A stretch of DNA of 64,000 nucleotides, taken from contig OZ241744.1 of assembly GCA_965200965.1 (NCBI GenBank), forward strand, positions 3,168,001-3,232,000. The letters are read 5' to 3'. Source of the DNA: an uncultured Candidatus Binatia bacterium. Its GTDB lineage: Bacteria; Desulfobacterota; Binatia; Bin18. The notes under the pieces were generated by a model, which was given only the letters and a program-made list of their open reading frames with translations, was not told where the DNA came from and made no database searches. Below, piece by piece: positions 26,629 through 35,963 of the stretch. Positions within the stretch are counted from its first letter, which is position 1, and every line of letters starts with the position of its first letter. The translations under genes were made by a program, and so were the position numbers.

Positions 26629-27549
26629 CTAGAGTTGGGTCAGCAACTCAAGCGACGGGGCAAAGAAGTGTGCGCCTGAGACGGCCTGGGTGAAGTCCAT
26701 CAGGCGGTCGTGGTGGCCGTCGCCAGTAGCGCCGAGCATCCGGCGCAGCATTTGTTCTGGAATATCCAGGTTTCTGGTGTAGGCAATGAAGAACAGGCCG
26801 TGCTCGTTCAGGGTGCCGTAGGGAAAACTGTGGCGGACGATCTCCAGCTCCTCGCCGTTCTCCTCAATCACGACCCGGCTGATGTGGGCACTCGGCGGTT
26901 TGATGGTCTCGGGCAACTCTTTGCTGTCGGCCTTGCTGCGTCCGATGGCCGCTTCCTGTTCCGGCTCGGAGAGGGCGGCCCAGGTATTCAGTTTGTGGAC
27001 ATAGCGCTGGACAAAGACATAGCTCCCGCCGGCAAAGTCGGGGTCCTCGTCGCCGATCAGAGCGACCGCCGCCCGCTGTGCGTCTCCTGACGGGTTTTCG
27101 GTGCCGTCAATAAAGCCGGTCAGGTCGCGGGAGTCAAGGTAGCGAAAGCCGTGGACCTCGTCCAGGACTTTGACTCGGTCGCCCAGCCGCTTGGCCAGTT
27201 GCAGGAGCAGTTCAAAGTTCAGGTCGTGGCGCGTGGAGAGCATATGCAGGAGCACATCCCCGCCGGTGCTCGGCGCGGTTTTGCCGCGGGTGTCAAGAGC
27301 GGTGAAGGGCCGCAGCCCTGCCGGGCGTCTGGCCGGGGAGATGATATCCCAGAAGCCTGAGCCAAAACCGACCGTTCCCACCAGGGCCGCAGCCCGGTCG
27401 CTTGCGCCAAGGCTGCCAAGCAGGGTCGGGACGCCGGCCAGGATGTTGGCGACAGAGGGGCCGTCGTGGATCGGATCGCGGACGCGCAGAATCGCAAATA
27501 AGGCGTTGGGGCTGGGTTCGGGCACGATCCCGGACTGGGGAGTGGGCAT
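26629..27549 (-). CDS. Dyp-type peroxidase
   Basis: DLTGFIDGTENP (GxxDG), SAHISR proximal His, IVRHSFPYG. Confidence 0.92.
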   Translation of the reverse strand: MPTPQSGIVPEPSPNALFAILRVRDPIHDGPSVANILAGVPTLLGSLGASDRAAALVGTVGFGSGFWDIISPARRPAGLRPFTALDTRGKTAPSTGGDVLLHMLSTRHDLNFELLLQLAKRLGDRVKVLDEVHGFRYLDSRDLTGFIDGTENPSGDAQRAAVALIGDEDPDFAGGSYVFVQRYVHKLNTWAALSEPEQEAAIGRSKADSKELPETIKPPSAHISRVVIEENGEELEIVRHSFPYGTLNEHGLFFIAYTRNLDIPEQMLRRMLGATGDGHHDRLMDFTQAVSGAHFFAPSLELLTQL

Positions 27550-27600
27550 GAATCTATGGAAAAGCGTTCGGGCTGGTATGTCAAGCCCTGTTTGAGCGGC

Positions 27601-28061
27601 TCATCTTTCGGCGGTGGCCGGCGGAAAAAAGCTGGCCCAGTCAACCAGGGATTGATAGACCGCGGCGACCTGGAGCAGCACATCTTCCCGGAAGTGCTGG
27701 GCGACCAGCATCAGGCCGACCGGCAGACCCTCGAATTTTCCGCACGGGATGCTGAGTGCCGGGTGGCCGGTCAGGGTGAAGGGAGCGGTGTTGTGGGCGG
27801 CCAGACCAAGGTCCATGCCCAGCACTTGCGGATAAAGACATTGAGCGGGTGTTCTGCCTCGGTCCGACGATCGCCGGGGTCCCGGTCGGTGACGGTGAGG
27901 GGCAGTTGCTCTTCCTCAATCGCAAAGCGTGAAAGGACTCAAAGCTGGCGATGTGCTGAGCCATACGGGACTGCATGCTGCGTGCCCTCGGCTTGGCTGA
28001 GGGCCAAGCCGAGGGCTCTGCCGTATTCGAGAACATCCTCAATGCTTGGCTGTGGCAACAT
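27601..28061 (-). pseudogene. Amidase pseudogene (frameshifts plus a large internal deletion)
   Basis: Fragmented N-terminus (..HPLNVFIRKC) joined to an amidase C-terminus NTAPFTLTGHPALSIPCG...GLPVGLMLVA; the signature core is missing. Confidence 0.75.
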
Positions 28062-28120
28062 GCTCTGGCCTTCCTGTACCGAGGGTGCTTTGTAGCCTGC
28101 GCTTTGCGCTCCAAGCCTGG

Positions 28121-28471
28121 TCACGATGTCAGCTTCACCAGGGCGACGGTGAGGCTGACCGTCAGCCCTACAATGCCGGCGGCCATCGCCCACAGGTGGC
28201 GGTAGAGGCGCGTTTCCATTTCTGCCAAGTCAACCCTGACTGCGGCGACATCGGCCTTGAGTTCGGTCTTGACTTCGCCTAGCTCGGCCCTGACTGCGGC
28301 GACATCGGCCTTGAGTTCGGTCTTGACTTCGCCCAAGTCGGCCCTGGTGGCGATGTTCTCGCCAAAGGCATCGCCAATCGTGACAACGACGGCTTCAGCC
28401 AGGGGTTCATCGGCCCCGGCTTCCCGGAGCGCCTTGACGGCTTTATGCGTATCGAATACGAGACCGGCCAT
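28121..28471 (-). CDS. DUF1640/CCDC90-like coiled-coil protein with C-terminal TM and a 54-bp tandem repeat
   Basis: FDTHKAVKALREAG..EPLAEAVV, ATRADL, (LGEVKTELKADVAAVR)x2. Exact 46-bp repeat at 28234 and 28288. Confidence 0.8.
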   Translation of the reverse strand: MAGLVFDTHKAVKALREAGADEPLAEAVVVTIGDAFGENIATRADLGEVKTELKADVAAVRAELGEVKTELKADVAAVRVDLAEMETRLYRHLWAMAAGIVGLTVSLTVALVKLTS

Positions 28472-28618
28472 GCGTTCTGTCCTACTGCACGCCTGCCGAC
28501 TCGTCAAGGCTGAGTGCCAAATCCATGACTGCTTATCGGAGGAGCGAGGCTGTGCTAAGGTATACACATCAGAGCGTCCGCCGGCCGGCATGGTGGGTGG
28601 GCGGAAGGAGGGTGTCAT

Positions 28619-29146
28619 ATGACGCAGAAAGGCTTTTCGCATCTTGGCATGTCCACCTTGGACTTGGACAAAACCCGTGACTTTTACGAGAATATCCTGG
28701 GCTTTAAGCCGGTGCGCTGCGATACGATCAAGGTGAAGGAGGGCGGGCAGATCCGGCACATCTTTTTTGATACCGGCCGCGACCAGTTGTTGGCCTTTAT
28801 GGAGGCCCGCGATGTGCCGGGCGTACCCAGGGAATACGACGCCGGTATCAACCGGGGGCTGGGTGTGCCGAACGCCTTTTATCATTTTGCGTTTGAGGCC
28901 GGGACCGAGGCCGGTCTGGAGGCTAAGCGTCGGGAGTTGCTGGACAAGGGCGTGGCCGTGTCCGAGGTGGTTGATCACGACTGGGCCAAGTCGATCTATT
29001 TCAAAGACCCCAACGGCTTGCAACTGGAGTTCTGCTGTCTGACGCGGGATTTTGTTGACGACGATGCGGTCATGCAGGAGCGCTTTCACGCCTCGATCCG
29101 GGCGCTGGGTCTTGATGACACGAGCGAGCTTAAGGCGACCGACTGA
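28619..29146 (+). CDS. VOC/glyoxalase family protein
   Basis: FSHLGM, YHFAF, SIYFKDPNGLQLE. Confidence 0.88.
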   Translation: MTQKGFSHLGMSTLDLDKTRDFYENILGFKPVRCDTIKVKEGGQIRHIFFDTGRDQLLAFMEARDVPGVPREYDAGINRGLGVPNAFYHFAFEAGTEAGLEAKRRELLDKGVAVSEVVDHDWAKSIYFKDPNGLQLEFCCLTRDFVDDDAVMQERFHASIRALGLDDTSELKATD

Positions 29147-29165
29147 GCCCGGCTGTTGGGGCTGC

Positions 29166-30605
29166 TCAGTCGGCGATCTTGTCCAGCAGACGGGCCACCA
29201 TCGCCTTGTACTGCTTGACCGCGGGCGAACGATAGAAGCGGGCGCGGGTGAAATTGGGGTCGCCGGCGTAAAACCATTCGTACTGGAGTTGGCGACTGCC
29301 GAACTGCTCGCCCAGCATGTCCCAGGCCAGCTTGAAGAGTTGAATGCGATCCCGGGCCGGCCGGTCCTTGCCGGCCAGGTATTGTTCAAGATAGGCCGCG
29401 ATGTCGGGATTCTGGAGGTCTTTTTCGGTCGGGGTCAGAATCAGGCCGCTGCCGCTGAGTTGCCGCAGGACTTCGGCCGCCCGCATATGGGCTTGGGGCA
29501 GAAACACCCACAGGCTGGCCGCCAGGGCGCGCAGTGAGGTCCCTTCCTGCCGGCCCCTGTCTACATCCTGGGCGGCTGCCCGCAGTAAGCCGCCGGCGAT
29601 TTCGACGTTGGCGACCAACTCGCCGAGTTGGGTCTGAACCTGCGGGGCCGCGGTCCGGCCTATGGCTTCAGCCACCGAACACGCCAAGCCGGCCATGAAC
29701 CGCAGCTTGACCGTGCCGCGGATCACCCCTTGGAGCAGGGCATAGCCGGGTGCGTGGCCAAGAATATAGTTTGCCGCCTCAATATCGCCATTGATAAAGA
29801 CTCGCTCCCACGGGACTTCCACGTCATCGAAAATCGCCAGTGCGTCTTCCTCGTCAAAGCGGGACGACAGCGGCCGGTCAAAAGCGCTGCGGCCGGCGCT
29901 GTACGATTCACGGCAGACAAATTTCAGGCCGGCGATATCCATCGGCACGGCAAAGCACAGGGCGTAGGCTTCTTCGCCCGGCTTGCGCGGATAAAACGGG
30001 CCGACCCACAGTTCATTGGAGAACGGGGCCAGGGTGGACAGCATGCGCGCCCCGCGGACAACCAAGCCCCGGTCGGTCTCCCGAACGCGGTGCAGGGCGG
30101 CTTCGGGGTCGGCCTGCTCGGCCGGGCCTTTTGAGCGGTCAATCTGGGGATCGACCAGGGTGTGGGTCAGGCACCAGTCCCGGTCCCGGCAGGCTTCGTA
30201 ATAGCGCAGGATATTGTCGCCAAACTGTGTGTTGCGCTGGCTGATAAACGTGTGGGCGACCGCCGCGTCTGTGACCAGGGCATTCATAAAGTCGGGCAGC
30301 CGGCCCATCAGCCCGAAGGTGGCCTCGGCCCGCAGTTCTTCGGCCCGGACACGACGGTCTACATCTGCGGCGGTGTCGGTAATCAGGAAGGACAGGCTGA
30401 CCGGCTGAGCGTCGGCGGGTGAGGGATAGGTGAGGAGGGGCTGATGTTGGGGGTCGTGCTGGAGGTCGTACAGCATGGCCAGGGTACTAATCGCGCCCTG
30501 AAACGGTGGATAGGCGGTCACATCTGTGAGCCGTTCGCCGTTGACGTAGATGCTGCGCTTGTCGCGCAGGCTTTGCCGGTACTCTGTACCGCTCCGAATC
30601 CCCAT
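29166..30605 (-). CDS. 4-hydroxyphenylacetate 3-hydroxylase family (group D flavin monooxygenase) oxygenase subunit
   Basis: EYRQSLRD, MGRLPDF, DPQIDRS, VVRGARMLST, PLSSRFDEED, FGSRQLQYEWFYAGD. Confidence 0.88.
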   Translation of the reverse strand: MGIRSGTEYRQSLRDKRSIYVNGERLTDVTAYPPFQGAISTLAMLYDLQHDPQHQPLLTYPSPADAQPVSLSFLITDTAADVDRRVRAEELRAEATFGLMGRLPDFMNALVTDAAVAHTFISQRNTQFGDNILRYYEACRDRDWCLTHTLVDPQIDRSKGPAEQADPEAALHRVRETDRGLVVRGARMLSTLAPFSNELWVGPFYPRKPGEEAYALCFAVPMDIAGLKFVCRESYSAGRSAFDRPLSSRFDEEDALAIFDDVEVPWERVFINGDIEAANYILGHAPGYALLQGVIRGTVKLRFMAGLACSVAEAIGRTAAPQVQTQLGELVANVEIAGGLLRAAAQDVDRGRQEGTSLRALAASLWVFLPQAHMRAAEVLRQLSGSGLILTPTEKDLQNPDIAAYLEQYLAGKDRPARDRIQLFKLAWDMLGEQFGSRQLQYEWFYAGDPNFTRARFYRSPAVKQYKAMVARLLDKIAD

Positions 30606-30623
30606 CAGAATCCCTCCCTGCGT

Positions 30624-31118
30624 CTATTGCCGCATGGCCGCGATCACGTCGCGCACGCCTTTGTCCTGCTCGGCGTAGTCGAGCTTTTCCACGCCCAGAT
30701 AGGCGTTGGGGTAGCGCACATATTCGGCTGGGTCGTTATCACAGTAGACTTCGAGTTCGTAGCCGTCCGGGTCTTCAAAGTAGACGCTTTTGGTGATGCC
30801 GTGGTTGACCGTAAAGTGAACCGGCACGCCTTTGTCCTTGAGTTCTTCGTAGGCGGCCTTGAGCGCTTCCTGACTGCTGAGGCGAAAGGCGAGGTGGGCC
30901 AGCCCGACCGCCTTGGGGTTCGGGGCTTCGGCTGTAGAGCCGATTTCAAACAGGGCCAACTCGTGGTGGTCGCGGCCGTGGTTGGCCAGAAAGACGGCCC
31001 GAATCTCGGGCACATCCTTCATGACCTGCATGCCCAGGACTTCGGTGTAGAACTTGCGCGAGCGGTCTAAGTCACGGACCTTGATAACGGCGTGGCCAAT
31101 ACGTTCGGGGCGAATCAT
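30624..31118 (-). CDS. VOC family protein (extradiol dioxygenase-like)
   Basis: IGHAVIKVRD, DHHELAL, GLAHLAF, SVYFEDPDGYELE. Confidence 0.88.
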   Translation of the reverse strand: MIRPERIGHAVIKVRDLDRSRKFYTEVLGMQVMKDVPEIRAVFLANHGRDHHELALFEIGSTAEAPNPKAVGLAHLAFRLSSQEALKAAYEELKDKGVPVHFTVNHGITKSVYFEDPDGYELEVYCDNDPAEYVRYPNAYLGVEKLDYAEQDKGVRDVIAAMRQ

Positions 31119-31334
31119 GGGGACCTCCTTTCATAGGGCGTGGAACTTCGGTCTGCGTACTCTTAGGCGTTTTTCTCGATTTTCTCCACAGGGCGTCCCT
31201 TGTCATGCTCCGGGGTGGAGCGGGCGATGTCATAGCCAGCGACAACCGCCGGCTGGCCGAACAGTTCCACCGCGGGGGCGACTTCGGCCAGCGACAGGTC
31301 AGCGGCGAGGCGTAATGGTAGCTTTGTATGCGCC

Positions 31335-31665
31335 TTAGGTCGGAGAAGCTTGCTTTAATTGTTCTACTAGGGCGGAAAATGTGTCCTTAAAGTCTTCAAA
31401 GTACTTCTCGACAACAAAATAATATCGTTGTTCTGTGTCATCGTAACCGGTTGGCGGTGCCAGACTAGAACCTTGCAGCATTGCGATAGTACAGGTTTTC
31501 CTGACGTAATACTCATGGGCCAAGCCGCAACGAAAAATTTTCAGGAATACCGGCTTTTTCGATCAACACTATTCCTTCTGGCCTCTCGCTGGCTTTCGCC
31601 AAGGCGATTTCTCGTTCTATGTCCCGGCTTCGATGTTGGTTGTGGTGGGATTCATATCGCGTCAT
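31335..31665 (-). pseudogene. AT-rich degraded ORF of unknown family
   Basis: GAGGAG RBS plus ATG, then protein-like pieces in different frames (IEREIALAKAS..., LAHEYYVRK...YYFVVEKYFEDFK); lower GC than flanks. Confidence 0.4.
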
Positions 31666-31728
31666 ACTCCTCTCAGGGCCGTGCGAGACAGTTGGTGAGA
31701 GTCCTCTTCAGGGAATGTACCACACCCC

Positions 31729-31944
31729 CTAAGTGGAGAAGGACTTGAGCAGCAGGGAGATGACGCCGGCGACAATCGCGCCGGTCATCCACTTTACGAC
31801 CGACAGCTCCCGCTCAAGTCGCACAATATCGGCCTTGGTCGCCAGACTTTCTTCTGACATGGCTTGGGCGGCCGCGCGCGCTTTTTCTTCCGGCGCACCA
31901 GCCGCCATCAGCGCGTCATACAGTTCAGTCACCATCGTACTCAT
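31729..31944 (-). CDS. Small DUF1640-like coiled-coil/TM protein
   Basis: ELYDALMAAGAPEEKARAAA, LATKADI, VKWMTG plus a TM helix. Confidence 0.75.
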   Translation of the reverse strand: MSTMVTELYDALMAAGAPEEKARAAAQAMSEESLATKADIVRLERELSVVKWMTGAIVAGVISLLLKSFST

Positions 31945-32027
31945 GGCGCGAATATACGATCTCACCCGGCAATGGGCAAGGAGGGCAGGCGAATCCAGCC
32001 TCAGCATCCGACTCTGCCCGCTCCTTA

Positions 32028-32468
32028 CTAATGCGCGGCCTTTTTCTTGCTCTTCTTGCGTTTGACCCGGGTGAGCAGCGAGACATAGCTGATGCCGTCC
32101 CGGTTGTCCTGGGTGGTGGGCAGCTGGTGTTTGCGCCAGCCGGGAAAGCCGTCCGGCATGACACGCACATCGCTGTAGCCGGCTTCGGCCAGCTTTTGGG
32201 CCGCCTGACCGGCCCGCTCCCCGTCGTCGCAGCCGGTGATCAGCGGTGCGTCTTTGGCGTACAGGTCTTCCACCACCTGGAGAAAGCTCTGGTTGGGGAA
32301 GACCGCTTTGGTGCCAGGATGGAAAAAGACCAGCGGGATATTCACTACCCTGCCCTTGGGGTGGCCGGTGGAAAACTCGGCCACCGTCCGCACATCAAGA
32401 TAGGTCGCGGGATTCTCGCCGCCCAGGGCGGCGCGGACTTCCGGGGGGCTGATGACTGGGTGATTCAT
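32028..32468 (-). CDS. Rhodanese-like sulfurtransferase
   Basis: LDVRTVAEFSTGHP, active loop GCDDGER, GFPGW. Confidence 0.88.
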   Translation of the reverse strand: MNHPVISPPEVRAALGGENPATYLDVRTVAEFSTGHPKGRVVNIPLVFFHPGTKAVFPNQSFLQVVEDLYAKDAPLITGCDDGERAGQAAQKLAEAGYSDVRVMPDGFPGWRKHQLPTTQDNRDGISYVSLLTRVKRKKSKKKAAH

Positions 32469-32497
32469 ACGCGTACTCCTGACGATGCTGAGGCGGC

Positions 32498-32758
32498 TCA
32501 GGCCACGCTCTCGAAGCTGTCGAACTCGTTGACCAGGGGTGGAATAATCCGGCAGCGTTCGCGGCCGGCAGCCGGCGGCTGGCCGTTCAGGCGGTAGACG
32601 ATACCGTCGGCCTCTTGTGTCGCGGTGCTCTCTTCAAGATGATAGTGGAGATACGGGCCGTCCGGCGACAGGGCAAAGATACATTCTAAGACTTTGCGGG
32701 CGGGCAGTTTGCCCAGCGTGGGATGTAACAGGGCCTCGCTTGGTTTGCTGTTACTCAT
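32498..32758 (-). CDS. Hypothetical protein
   Basis: AAGGAG RBS; ORF fills the gap co-oriented with the rhodanese gene. Confidence 0.5.
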   Translation of the reverse strand: MSNSKPSEALLHPTLGKLPARKVLECIFALSPDGPYLHYHLEESTATQEADGIVYRLNGQPPAAGRERCRIIPPLVNEFDSFESVA

Positions 32759-32867
32759 GCGGCTGGTCTCCTTCGGCGTCTCGGATATTTCTTTTTCTCC
32801 ATACGTCTTTTTTCCTTGACAGGCAATCAAGAACCGGATTACATAGCGGACACGGAAGGAGGGCCGT

Positions 32868-33521
32868 ATGTCTGCATTGCCCCAGAAAGAGCTGGCCAAT
32901 GGGGAGGTCTGGTATCAACCGGGCGAAAAAGTCCCCAATGTCAACAAAAAGCTCTTTGCCCTGCAAAACCTGTGCACCGATTGCAAAATCTGCGAGGTGG
33001 CCTGCTCGCTCATCCACTCGCCCGAGGGGGAACTCAATCCGCTGTGGACCCGCATCAAAATTGAGCATGTGCCGACTGTAGACACGCGGGTCAGCAAGGA
33101 CGGCTTCGGCTTTGTGGCCGAGATCTGCCATCACTGCGCCAACCCCCCGCCGTGCGCCAAGGTGTGCCCAACGGACGCCTTCTACTATGACCCCGTCACC
33201 CAAGCCGCCATTATTGACCAGGGCAAGTGCATCCAGTGCATGGAATGCGTACCGGCCTGTCCGTTTGACACGGTCTTTGTCGCTCCCAGCGGTGAGGTGC
33301 TCAAATGCGACCTGTGCGGGGGCGATCCGGCGTGTGTCAAGGCGTGCTCGACCCGGCCTGAACTGCTGAACGCGGGAAAACAGTACAACCGCTCAAGCGT
33401 ACTGTTCTTTGAGGAAAAGGCGGCATTCAGCGCCATACTGCGCCAAACGCCAGAGCGACGGGATGAAGTCGGCATCATGCAAGCCATGCTGTCAAAGGGG
33501 AAAATCAGCAGCTCTGCGTGA
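32868..33521 (+). CDS. 4Fe-4S polyferredoxin subunit (AorA/DmsB-like)
   Basis: CTDCKICEVAC, CHHCANPPPCAKVCP, CIQCMECVPACP, KCDLCGGDPACVKAC. Confidence 0.9.
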   Translation: MSALPQKELANGEVWYQPGEKVPNVNKKLFALQNLCTDCKICEVACSLIHSPEGELNPLWTRIKIEHVPTVDTRVSKDGFGFVAEICHHCANPPPCAKVCPTDAFYYDPVTQAAIIDQGKCIQCMECVPACPFDTVFVAPSGEVLKCDLCGGDPACVKACSTRPELLNAGKQYNRSSVLFFEEKAAFSAILRQTPERRDEVGIMQAMLSKGKISSSA

Positions 33522-33557
33522 CGCTTAGAGCGGACCGGACAACAAGGAGTCTCAGCT

Positions 33558-35582
33558 ATGGAAAGTCGTCTGCTGCGGGTTGATTTAAGTACCAACGAGA
33601 TCAAGACTGAGAAGATTCCCCACTCGCTGTTTGAGCGCTGGATTGGCGGCTCGGGGATGAACAACTGGATCATGTGGGAGCACTTCCTGAGCCACGATAT
33701 CAACTGTGATCCGCGCGGGCCGGACAATATCTTTGTGTTTGGCGTCGGGCCGCTGGCCGGCACCGGAGCGGGGATTGGGGTCAAGGGCCGCATTACGTTC
33801 AAAAGCCCATGTTACGGGATTTTTGGTGACTCGACCGGTGGCGGCAAGTTCCCCTACGCTATTCGCTTCAGCGGCTATGACTATATTGCCGTGACCGGCA
33901 GAGCGCCCAAGCCGGTCTATCTGCATATTGCCAACGACGAGGTGACGCTCTGTGATGCCCGACACCTGTGGGGCAAGGACAGCTCAGAGACGCACGCCGT
34001 GCTGCAAAAAGAGTTGGGCGACTATCCGTCACAGGCCTATACGCTGTCCATCGGTCAGGCCGGCGAGAACCAGGTCGGCATTGCCGGTGTGATCTCGGAC
34101 GGCTGGCGGATTCACGCCCGCTGCGGCGGCGGCGCGGTGATGGGCTCTAAGAACCTCAAAGCCATTGCGGTCCAGGGCAATCTGGGCATCAGGGTCGATA
34201 ACCCTGCGGGTCTGCTGGACTGGTCGGACGATTTTCGCCAGAAAATTGATACCAATGAGGCCGGTTATGGCTTTAAGCGGCGGGGCACGCTGGGGGCGGT
34301 GGAGATGTACCAGCGGATCGGTGGTAATTTCTGGCGGAACAACCAGGGCAGCCTGTTCCGGGGCGAAGAAGTCCGCTCCGACAACTGGGTCAAGAAGTAC
34401 CACAAATACTCCGAGGTCTGCTCCTCTGACTGCTACATCGCCTGCGATGGTCGGTATAAAATCGAGGGCCATGAGTCAGACCGGGCCGGAAAATATATTG
34501 GCGAGTCCTTCCGCCATCCCGAGTATCTGACCACCGGCAGCAGTGCCGGTGCGCTGGATGTCCGTGACTGGGCCGAAGTAGCCCACTGGGGCAAGATCAC
34601 CAACGAGTACGGCATTGATAACCAGGACCTGAGTTGCTCCATCAGCTTCGTCATGGAGTTGAGGCAGCGGGAGCTGATCTCCGACGCCGATGTGGCCGAA
34701 CTGTTCGGCAGACCCCAGCGGCTCGAATGGGGCAATATGGACGATATTGAGAGCTTGGTGCGGAGTGTGGTCTACCAGGAGAACCCGTTCGGCTGGATGT
34801 TCCGTGATGGAGCCTACTGGGGCGCGCTGCGCTACTCCGAGAAGATGGGCCAGAACTTTATGAAATACGCCATCTACGGCAAGGGCGGGGCCAGCTTCAC
34901 CGAGGAGATGCGGCCGTTTCCGACCTGGATGAACAATATGGCGGTAGCGTCGCGCGGGGCCGACCATCTCAAAGGCATTGGCCTGATCGAAAAATTCCAG
35001 CGCAAAGACCTGTCCAAGGCGTATTTTGGGACACCGATCGCCGGCGATCCAACCGTGCCCGACCTCAAAGGTGCCTGCACCGCGGTCATTGAGAACCAAG
35101 TGGCGCTGATCAACTCCTACGGGGTGTGCATGTTCCACTGGCTGCTTGACCCGCTGGGCTATGCGCCGGAGAGTTACTACGGCAAAGCCTACGCTGAGGT
35201 GACCGGAATTGACCGGACCAAAGAAGAGTTGATGCGGGACGGCGAACGGATCTGTAACCTGGAGAAAGCCTTTAACTCGCGCCTGGGGATGCGGCGGGAA
35301 CACGACACCATCTGTGAGCGCTGGATGCACGAGCCCGCGCCGGAAGGCATGTATGCAGGCCGGGTGGCGGCCGATATGTTTGATCAGGTCCTGGACGAGT
35401 ACTACGAGTGGCGCGGCTGGGACACCACAACCGGCCTGCAAACGCGCCCCAAGCTCGAAGAACTGGGCCTGGAAGATGTGGCCGATGTGCTGGCCGCAGA
35501 CAGAGCCCTGGCCGGTGAACAGGGCCGCAAGTCGGTGCAGGTGCTCAAAGCGCCAAGCGCTGAGCCCGGTCTGCCGGACTAA
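33558..35582 (+). CDS. Aldehyde:ferredoxin oxidoreductase (WOR) family protein, divergent
   Basis: LLRVDLS, KSP, SIGQAGEN, GGGAVMGSKNLKA, RGADH, DEYYEWRGWD. Confidence 0.9.
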   Translation: MESRLLRVDLSTNEIKTEKIPHSLFERWIGGSGMNNWIMWEHFLSHDINCDPRGPDNIFVFGVGPLAGTGAGIGVKGRITFKSPCYGIFGDSTGGGKFPYAIRFSGYDYIAVTGRAPKPVYLHIANDEVTLCDARHLWGKDSSETHAVLQKELGDYPSQAYTLSIGQAGENQVGIAGVISDGWRIHARCGGGAVMGSKNLKAIAVQGNLGIRVDNPAGLLDWSDDFRQKIDTNEAGYGFKRRGTLGAVEMYQRIGGNFWRNNQGSLFRGEEVRSDNWVKKYHKYSEVCSSDCYIACDGRYKIEGHESDRAGKYIGESFRHPEYLTTGSSAGALDVRDWAEVAHWGKITNEYGIDNQDLSCSISFVMELRQRELISDADVAELFGRPQRLEWGNMDDIESLVRSVVYQENPFGWMFRDGAYWGALRYSEKMGQNFMKYAIYGKGGASFTEEMRPFPTWMNNMAVASRGADHLKGIGLIEKFQRKDLSKAYFGTPIAGDPTVPDLKGACTAVIENQVALINSYGVCMFHWLLDPLGYAPESYYGKAYAEVTGIDRTKEELMRDGERICNLEKAFNSRLGMRREHDTICERWMHEPAPEGMYAGRVAADMFDQVLDEYYEWRGWDTTTGLQTRPKLEELGLEDVADVLAADRALAGEQGRKSVQVLKAPSAEPGLPD

Positions 35583-35638
35583 AGCCTGGAGGCCCTTTCC
35601 TGTCAGGGGAGGGTCGCCTAGCAACAGAGGACCCTGGC

Positions 35639-35920
35639 GTGATTACAGTCCACACGGAATATCAGGCCCGTTTCCGGGAAATTACCCAGGTTGCGGGAGA
35701 GAGTTTCCAGCTTGAGCAGCCGCTGGTGTCTGAACTGGCCGAGCAGATTACCCAAAAATATGGCACCGAGATGCAGGCGTTGCTGATCGATCCTGACACG
35801 AACGACCTGAACACCAAGGGCACGCTGTATCTCGACTCAAAGGGCAATCGGATTTTTATTGACGATAGCCTGGAAGACGGCGAGACGGTCATCTTCATGG
35901 TCGGGATCGCCGGCGGCTGA
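35639..35920 (+). CDS. MoaD/ThiS-like sulfur carrier
   Basis: 93 aa ending LEDGETVIFMVGIAGG (C-terminal GG); follows the WOR gene. Confidence 0.8.
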   Translation: MITVHTEYQARFREITQVAGESFQLEQPLVSELAEQITQKYGTEMQALLIDPDTNDLNTKGTLYLDSKGNRIFIDDSLEDGETVIFMVGIAGG

Positions 35921-35963
35921 GGCGCACCTTTCCCATGTGGCCGATGCTCTCCGCCGGGCCGGC

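Noticed and set aside
28121-29389. 422-aa minus-strand ORF
   Set aside because: Only the last 116 codons look like a real gene; the rest is antisense to the VOC gene or out of frame within the HpaB-like gene.
31252-31292. 10-bp inverted repeat GCTGGCCGAA/TTCGGCCAGC
   Set aside because: Single occurrence, long loop, no U-tract; no function can be supported.
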